Position numbers and translations under genes: made by a program
NCBI GenBank assembly: GCA_001794025.1
Contig: MGJA01000007.1
Location: forward strand, 219-64,218
DNA from: Candidatus Yanofskybacteria bacterium RIFCSPHIGHO2_01_FULL_41_21
GTDB taxonomy: Bacteria > Patescibacteriota > Minisyncoccia > 2-02-FULL-40-12 > GWA2-44-9
Reading direction: 5' to 3'
Length of the DNA: 64,000 nt
Part shown: piece by piece, positions 58,566 through 64,000 of the stretch
Position numbering within the stretch: the first letter of the stretch is position 1
Layout of the letters: each line of letters starts with the position of its first letter
Notes under the pieces: model-generated
Databases searched by the model: none
Told to the model about the DNA's origin: nothing
The model's input: only the letters and a program-made list of their open reading frames with translations

Positions 58566-59291
58566 CTAGGCCTGATTACTTGCGAGCACGGCGGACGGGC
58601 GGCCGACGCCCCAGTCATCGCCGAGCCAGCGGCAGCGCCAGCTCCACGCACCGTCGAAGAAGTAGAAGCACAGGACGCAACGGAAGCCGCGCGGACTGCG
58701 CAACACCGTGCCGTCGCAGTAGATGTACGTCGTGTTGCCGTTCGTCTTCTCCTTGAAGCGAGCCGGGAGCAACTCACGATTGTCCCACAGCGCTTTGAAA
58801 GCGCCAGCGTCCAAACGAATCTCGCCCGACACCTTGAGACGCTTCAGCTTTTCTTCTCCACCGACGGCGGTCTCGCCCGGCTTGAGTGTGCTCTTCAGCA
58901 CAATCGCGCTCAAGTCAATCTGGGCAAGGGCGAGCGAACGCAGATCCTGTTCTTCGTCACCCGAGAGACCATCGCCGTCTGCCGGACCCCGCCAGATTGT
59001 CCACCCCGCGCCGATAAATTCGGCGGGATTGAACGGCTTGGACCGGTCAATCGGGATGATTCTCGGCTCTCCGACGATGACCCGCGCGCCGTTACGCAGG
59101 AAGGTGGTGAACTGCTGACCCGCTCCCGCCATGTCACGCATGACTCGGTCTTGCAGTCCCGCGCCATCAAAATCGATGGTGGACCAGTCAGTGTTCGTGG
59201 CAAGAGCCGCCATGATTGCGTGGGATTGGTCGAGAGTGATTTTCCCCATTGCCGTCTCCATTCTGAGATGTCCGCTTACTATTGGTCCCAC
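58566..59291 (-). CDS. DGR target (variable) protein, GC-rich
   Basis: A 241-aa ORF whose C-terminus (YIYCDGTVLRSPRGFRCVLCFYFFDGAWSWRCRWLGDDWGVGRPSAV) is encoded by the variable repeat. About 60% GC. Confidence 0.7.
   Translation of the reverse strand: MGPIVSGHLRMETAMGKITLDQSHAIMAALATNTDWSTIDFDGAGLQDRVMRDMAGAGQQFTTFLRNGARVIVGEPRIIPIDRSKPFNPAEFIGAGWTIWRGPADGDGLSGDEEQDLRSLALAQIDLSAIVLKSTLKPGETAVGGEEKLKRLKVSGEIRLDAGAFKALWDNRELLPARFKEKTNGNTTYIYCDGTVLRSPRGFRCVLCFYFFDGAWSWRCRWLGDDWGVGRPSAVLASNQA
58580..58702 (-). repeat. DGR variable repeat in the 3' end of the target gene
   Basis: The counterpart of the template repeat, carrying C/G/T substitutions at every template-repeat adenine position. It encodes the last ~45 residues of the ORF at 58566-59291. 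Confidence 0.85.
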
Positions 59292-59485
59292 GTCATGCGA
59301 GATTTAAGTAAACGACCTACGGTTTTTTACCGCAGAATATAAATGCCATTTATATAGCCGCTATATTCTGCGGTAATCCTTAAAAACAGGTTAATAAAGT
59401 ACTATTTAATTACTTCTTAAGTATACGCCTAATTCTAACAAAAGTCAATGGTGGCAAAGAAGGTCAAATATGATATTTTTAGGAT

Positions 59486-59791
59486 ATGCTAAGCGATTCT
59501 GAACTAGACCATATTGCAAAATTGGCGCGAGTAACGGTGGCGCCGGAGAAGAGGGAACAGCTGAAGAAAGACCTGTCGGCGATTTTGGGTTACATTGAAA
59601 AACTAAATAAGGCCGACACAAGTTCAGTAGAACCGCTTTATCAAACCACGGGACTGGTAAATGCAACCCGTAGCGATGAACCGCGTGGAGAATTTCCAAT
59701 GACCGAAAAACTGGAAGAATTGCTTATCGGCCAAGCTCCAACTCGCAAAGAAAGGTTCGTTAAAGTGCGCTCAATCTTGAACAAGAAGTAG
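59486..59791 (+). CDS. gatC: Asp-tRNA(Asn)/Glu-tRNA(Gln) amidotransferase subunit C
   Basis: A ~100-aa protein with the GatC pattern (IAKLARV...EKL.KDL..IL.YIE.L...DT..VEP). Confidence 0.85.
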   Translation: MLSDSELDHIAKLARVTVAPEKREQLKKDLSAILGYIEKLNKADTSSVEPLYQTTGLVNATRSDEPRGEFPMTEKLEELLIGQAPTRKERFVKVRSILNKK

Positions 59792-59822
59792 GAATTATGA
59801 ATTAGGAATCAGGCCAGCAAAA

Positions 59823-61250
59823 ATGAATAAAAATTACACTATTAAGACAGCTCGGGAAGATTTAGATAAAGGTAAAATTTCTACCGAAGAGCTTTTTAAT
59901 TATTACCGAGACAAAATTAATGCGGAAAATAAAAATCTAAACGCGTATCTCTCAGTTTTTGATTTCCCTAATTCCAAATTCCTAATTCCTAATTCCTTGC
60001 TCTCCGGAATTCCGGTTGCCGTAAAGGACAACATGCTCATTGAGGGAACCCGTACAACTGCCGGTTCAAAGATTCTTGAAAATTATATCGCTTCGTATGA
60101 TGCAACGGTAATTAAAAAACTTCGTAATGCTGGGGTTACATTTCTCGGAAAAACAAACTTAGATGAATTTGCGATGGGCACATCTACCGAAAACTCCGCT
60201 TATGGTCCAACTAAAAATCCTTTGGATGTTTCTCGCATCCCTGGTGGGTCATCAGGTGGTTCCGCAGCGGCCGTCGCCGGAGATCTTTGTGTCTTCGCGC
60301 TTGGTTCCGATACAGGCGGTTCCGTTCGCCAACCCGCCGCTATGTGTGGCATTGTGGGATTAAAACCAACCTATGGGCGTGTATCACGTCATGGTTTGAT
60401 TGCTATGGCATCATCGTTTGATCAAATTGGTCCGCTGACTAAAACCGTTGAGGATTCAGCTATTGTTCTCAATGCACTCTGTGGTCATGATATTTTTGAT
60501 TCCACAACCGTAAATGACGAAGTGCCAGATTTCACGACCACACTCAATGATTCTATAAAAGGATTGACTGTCGGCGTTCCGAAAGAATTTTTTGCCATGC
60601 CTACCGGCAGGCAGGGCACCGGACTTTCTGCAGAGGTCTCTGAGCGGGTGCAAGCTGGAATTACAAAACTCAAAGATCTTGGTTGTAAAATTAAAGAAAT
60701 CTCTCTTCCTAATTTTGAATATGCGTTATCTGCCTACTATGTCGCTGTGCCCAGTGAGGTTTCGGCGAACTTAGCTCGTTTTGATGGTGTCCGTTACGGT
60801 CATTCCGCAAAAGACGGAGAAAATCTGATTGATACTTATTTTAAATCCCGAACTGAAGGCCTAGGTCCGGAACCAGTCCGTCGAATCATGCTTGGCGCTT
60901 ATGCATTGTCGTCAGGTTATTACGATGCCTATTATCTTAAAGCCCAAAAAGTTCGCGCCCTTATTAAAAAGGACTTTGATGATGCCTTTAAAGATGTTGA
61001 CATTATCGTCGGACCAGCTACACCCAACACCGCTTTCAAGATAGGGGAGAAGGTTTCCGACCCACTTGCGTTATACTTAGAGGACATCTATACCGTCCCT
61101 TTGAATCTAGCCGGACTACCAGGTATTTCAATCCCGTGTGGCCTTGGTTCAACCAGCAAGATGCCCGTTGGATTCCAGATCATCGCTAAATCGTTTGATG
61201 AGACCACTTTACTTCGTGTCGCTCACCAATTAGAACAAGCACTATTATAA
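59823..61250 (+). CDS. gatA: Glu-tRNA(Gln) amidotransferase subunit A (amidase family)
   Basis: Amidase signature [12 protein letters not shown] and the catalytic Ser/Lys context. Contains the in-frame [11 protein letters not shown] segment derived from a dispersed repeat. Confidence 0.9.
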   Translation: MNKNYTIKTAREDLDKGKISTEELFNYYRDKINAENKNLNAYLSVFDFPNSKFLIPNSLLSGIPVAVKDNMLIEGTRTTAGSKILENYIASYDATVIKKLRNAGVTFLGKTNLDEFAMGTSTENSAYGPTKNPLDVSRIPGGSSGGSAAAVAGDLCVFALGSDTGGSVRQPAAMCGIVGLKPTYGRVSRHGLIAMASSFDQIGPLTKTVEDSAIVLNALCGHDIFDSTTVNDEVPDFTTTLNDSIKGLTVGVPKEFFAMPTGRQGTGLSAEVSERVQAGITKLKDLGCKIKEISLPNFEYALSAYYVAVPSEVSANLARFDGVRYGHSAKDGENLIDTYFKSRTEGLGPEPVRRIMLGAYALSSGYYDAYYLKAQKVRALIKKDFDDAFKDVDIIVGPATPNTAFKIGEKVSDPLALYLEDIYTVPLNLAGLPGISIPCGLGSTSKMPVGFQIIAKSFDETTLLRVAHQLEQALL

Positions 61251-61252
61251 AA

Positions 61253-61834
61253 ATGATTGAAGAATTTTTTAATCAACTTCTAATCGCATTTCATCAATGG
61301 ACTTCATTCCAAGTCGGGAGTTTTAATATGGCTGATATGGTTATCAATTTGCAGAGTGCGTTTTTGGATTCTTCATTCGTGTTTGTTTTGAAAATTATTT
61401 CTGTCCTCATAACGATCGTCTTGGGCGCAGCAACCGTATTTTTGATAATTAAACGAAAAGAGTTTGACACCAAATTGGCAAGCCAGGAAGTGTTGGTGGC
61501 GGAAGCCGTTGGAGCAGGTCCACTCCAAGAACAATGGAATGATATTTTACGTCACATTGATTCCATCCGCGAAGGTGAATGGAAATTTGCCGTGATTGAA
61601 GCCGATACGATTGTAGATAATGTTTTAAGAAATTATTTTCCGGGCGACACAATGGGGGAACGTTTAATGAATATAGATAAAACCAAACTTCTTTCTATTG
61701 ACGATCTTTGGGAGGCCCATAAAATCCGCAACCACCTAGCCCATGACTCTAATTATTTTCTTCGTCATGCCGAAGCCCTTCGCGCCATCCGCCTTTTTGA
61801 ATCCACTCTAAAAGAACTCGGGGCGATAGAATAA
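61253..61834 (+). CDS. hypothetical membrane-anchored protein
   Basis: One TM helix (FVFVLKIISVLITIVLGAATVFLII) and a C-terminal soluble domain. Confidence 0.45.
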   Translation: MIEEFFNQLLIAFHQWTSFQVGSFNMADMVINLQSAFLDSSFVFVLKIISVLITIVLGAATVFLIIKRKEFDTKLASQEVLVAEAVGAGPLQEQWNDILRHIDSIREGEWKFAVIEADTIVDNVLRNYFPGDTMGERLMNIDKTKLLSIDDLWEAHKIRNHLAHDSNYFLRHAEALRAIRLFESTLKELGAIE

Positions 61835-61941
61835 AGACAAAACGCCAACTGTTGTACCGGGTGGGGCAACACGCTGGCGTTCTTCCGGAATGAATTCCGG
61901 GGAAGGTGTATACTCATGTAACACTCCTGTTGTGGGCGGAT

Positions 61942-62199
61942 CTACTCCGCTTCTGGAAAAGCATCAAGAAGATCATTTTCAATCTTCATGACCATTTCCG
62001 TTGATTCGGGATGAGCGAACCTAAAATCCTCAAGCTCTTTAAGCAAATCCGCTACATCCCCGAGCAATTTCTCGGAACGCGGATCTGGCTTGCCGTCTTT
62101 ATGGGTCACTTTGACCCTGACAAGCGAAACCTTCCGATCACGAAGCTCCCTTAACCCAGGCGGAGGCGAAACCTCCGAACCTTTAAAAATTACTCGCAT
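61942..62199 (-). CDS. hypothetical small protein
   Basis: The start is set at the internal ATG, which has AGGAGG 9 nt upstream. No family recognised. Confidence 0.4.
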   Translation of the reverse strand: MRVIFKGSEVSPPPGLRELRDRKVSLVRVKVTHKDGKPDPRSEKLLGDVADLLKELEDFRFAHPESTEMVMKIENDLLDAFPEAE

Positions 62200-62258
62200 A
62201 CAACTAACCTCCTGTATTTTCTTAATATTATAAAAGATGACTTTTGTCAATTATAAAT

Positions 62259-62282
62259 AAAAACCGCCGAATGGCGGTTTTT
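62259..62282. terminator. bidirectional rho-independent terminator
   Basis: aaaaaccgcc-gaat-ggcggttttt. Confidence 0.5.
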
Positions 62283-62288
62283 ATTTAT

Positions 62289-62362
62289 TGGTGGACCTAC
62301 CGGGAATCGAACCCGGCCCTCATCCATGCCATGGATGCGTAATACCGATTTACTATAGGCCC
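62289..62362 (-). tRNA. tRNA-Ala (anticodon GGC), CCA encoded
   Basis: Acceptor gggccta/taggtcc with a G3:U70 wobble (Ala identity element). Anticodon arm catcc-atGGCat-ggatg, T-loop ggttcgattcc. Confidence 0.8.
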
Positions 62363-62432
62363 AAAAAATATTATTTTCGTTTGAAAATTTACCATAAAAA
62401 TGGTATTGTGGCAAGAATTAAAACTATTAAAA

Positions 62433-62508
62433 GCCCTTGTAGTTCAATGGATAAGAACAGTCCCGTCCTAAGGGATAGATGTAGGTTCGATTCCTACTGA
62501 GGGCACCA
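62433..62508 (+). tRNA. tRNA-Arg (anticodon CCU), CCA encoded
   Basis: Acceptor gcccttg/tgagggc (two G-U pairs), D-stem gttc/gaac, anticodon arm gtccc-gtCCTaa-gggat, T-loop gtaggttcgattcctac. Confidence 0.75.
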
Positions 62509-63973
62509 CAATCAAACTTTCCGATTTTTGCCCGACCGATTCGGCCGCGCGAAGCGCGGAAAGGTATGGAAGCACTGGCTCGCCGCGCACGGCGCGGCTC
62601 GCCAAGCGCAGGTTCGAGCCAAAGATTTCTTTGGCAGCAACCTTCTTCGCAAGAAGGTTGCTATCCCTTGCGATTTTGACGAGGGTTAAAGCGACTTTTA
62701 TCCAGTTTTGGAACGGTTCGAGCCAATCATTCTGCTTTTGTTCAATCCGCGCCATTTTCTCCTCCAGCGACTTCTTTTCCAAAAGGAGTTTTGTTTTTTG
62801 TTCGCGGTAGATTTCTCGCTCAATGTCCTGCTCTAAATAGCCGTCCAGAAGTCGCTGGAGCTTCGTTTGTATGGCGCGGATTTTGATTTGAGATTCAAGA
62901 ACAAAAGCAGAAACGGATTGGGCGGATACCGCTTTGTCTTTTTCTGCCATTGCTAACAATTTTTCCGCCCAATCCGGTCGCAAAGAAACTTTTTGAATAA
63001 GAGATGATAACTGCCGATCCAATTCTTCCTCGCGGGCATAAGGTTGAGAACATTTGATTTTCTTTTTGGTACAGCGGTAGTAAATATGTCCTTTCTGTTT
63101 TTCGGCAGTTATCATCATCCCGCACTCGGCGCAAGAGATAAGGCCGCAAAATGCTTGCGGTTCATTCTTTTGCTTATACCTCGGCTTTCCTCGTTGGTGT
63201 AAAATCTCTTGCGCCATATCAAAAAGTTTCTTTGTGATGATTGGCTCGTACTTTCCTTCGTGGAGTTCACCGCCATATTTGAATAATCCGGTGTAGAACG
63301 GATTGGAAAGGATAAAAGTCGCCCTCGTCTTGTGGATTCTCTTTCCGCCGCGGGAGAATATCCCGCGTTGCGCCAAAAAGTTTGAAATATCCTCTAACCG
63401 CGAATTTCCTTTTGCGTACAGCTCAAACGCTTGGCGAATAATCCGAGCTTTCTTGCGGTCAACAACGATAGATTTAGTTCGTACATCATTTATGTAGCCG
63501 ATAGGCGCAACGCTCGGATATTCGCCCCGTCTCACTTTTTGGCGCAAACCACGCTTCGTGTTTTCGGAAAGAGAATCCACATAGTATTTGCTTTGCCCAA
63601 AAGCGATATTCAACATAAATTTTCCTTGCGGCGTTGGCTCAAACCAGAATTGAGGGAATTTCAACGCTGCAATATGCCCGCAATCAATGAGATAAATGAT
63701 TTGTCCACCATCTACAGAATTGCGCGCCAATCTGTCCGGATGCCAAGCCAAAATTCCGTCCGCCTCGCCATGTTCAATTCTTTTCAGCATTTTGCCAAAT
63801 ATCGGACGGCCCGGAATTTTGGCTGATTGTTTCTCTACAAATTCCTCTACCATATAGAGATTATTTTGCTTGGCAAAAGCGCGCAATTCTGTGATCTGCG
63901 CTTCAATACTCAAAACTTGTTTATCCTCAACATCTGTTGATTTGCGGGCGTAGAGAAAAAATTTGTTGTTCAT
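62468..63973 (-). CDS. large serine recombinase (resolvase/invertase N-domain + recombinase domain + zinc ribbon)
   Basis: N-terminal catalytic Ser context (LYARKSTDVEDKQVLSIEAQ), a recombinase domain, a Cys4 zinc ribbon (CAECG...CTKKKIKC) and a coiled-coil. The ORF's 3' end reads into tRNA-Arg (...VGIEPTSIP). Confidence 0.85.
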   Translation of the reverse strand: MNNKFFLYARKSTDVEDKQVLSIEAQITELRAFAKQNNLYMVEEFVEKQSAKIPGRPIFGKMLKRIEHGEADGILAWHPDRLARNSVDGGQIIYLIDCGHIAALKFPQFWFEPTPQGKFMLNIAFGQSKYYVDSLSENTKRGLRQKVRRGEYPSVAPIGYINDVRTKSIVVDRKKARIIRQAFELYAKGNSRLEDISNFLAQRGIFSRGGKRIHKTRATFILSNPFYTGLFKYGGELHEGKYEPIITKKLFDMAQEILHQRGKPRYKQKNEPQAFCGLISCAECGMMITAEKQKGHIYYRCTKKKIKCSQPYAREEELDRQLSSLIQKVSLRPDWAEKLLAMAEKDKAVSAQSVSAFVLESQIKIRAIQTKLQRLLDGYLEQDIEREIYREQKTKLLLEKKSLEEKMARIEQKQNDWLEPFQNWIKVALTLVKIARDSNLLAKKVAAKEIFGSNLRLASRAVRGEPVLPYLSALRAAESVGQKSESLIVVPSVGIEPTSIP

Positions 63974-64000
63974 AAATTTATGTTGTTAGTTTTTAATTGG

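Noticed and set aside
58096-58702. Whether the template repeat / variable repeat pair is an ordinary duplication or gene conversion tract
   Set aside because: All 24 mismatches map to adenines of one copy, and the adjacent reverse transcriptase has the DGR-specific motif. Random divergence would not be base-specific.
58217-59342. Plus-strand ORFs 58217-58756 and 58554-59342 and minus-strand ORF 58493-58777 over the DGR target region
   Set aside because: They are antisense or alternate-frame artefacts of the GC-rich target gene, and they translate to Arg/Ala-rich low-complexity sequence. The template repeat / variable repeat frame supports the 58566-59291 minus-strand ORF.
62288-62500. 70-aa plus-strand ORF spanning tRNA-Ala and tRNA-Arg
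   Set aside because: It is completely overlapped by two well-formed tRNA genes.

Overview
This is a 64-kb window from an AT-rich bacterial genome (about 40% GC by eye) containing three conspicuously GC-rich islands. The gene content suggests a small-genome Patescibacteria/CPR-like organism; this is an inference. Typical signs are short housekeeping proteins, an intein, free-standing homing endonucleases, a giant repeat-rich surface protein and a type IV pilus.

Supported content:
- Housekeeping genes: recG, a GT2 glycosyltransferase, holA-like, mutM, polA, tsaE, an SPFH protein, yraN, a LysM-M23 peptidase, comM, pnp, rpsO, an NYN protein, infB, an ECF sigma factor, comF, ligA, hicBA and gatCA.
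- Eleven tRNA genes, four of them tRNA-Ser.
- A ~1966-aa secreted repeat protein.
- An Xer tyrosine recombinase interrupted by a 424-aa LAGLIDADG intein.
- A free-standing LAGLIDADG endonuclease and two small GIY-YIG genes, one of them bounded by 21-bp terminal inverted repeats.
- A complete type IV pilus locus, pilM-N-O-(small)-B-T-C-[GIY-YIG]-pilA-pilD plus four pilin-like genes. A family of long inverted-repeat hairpins sits at the start of pilO and three pilin-like genes.
- A diversity-generating retroelement at 56.7-59.3 kb: the reverse transcriptase has the DGR-type LGxxxSQ motif, and a 123-bp template repeat / variable repeat pair differs at 24 positions, all of them adenines in the template repeat. 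The variable repeat lies in the 3' end of a GC-rich target gene.
- tRNA-Ala and tRNA-Arg(CCU) followed by a large serine recombinase, suggesting an island boundary at the right edge of the window.

Other observations: a dense TGTCACC motif array carrying a consensus DnaA box, a ~210-nt rod-like structured intergenic element, and a short dispersed TTCCTAATTCCTAA repeat that also occurs in-frame inside gatA.
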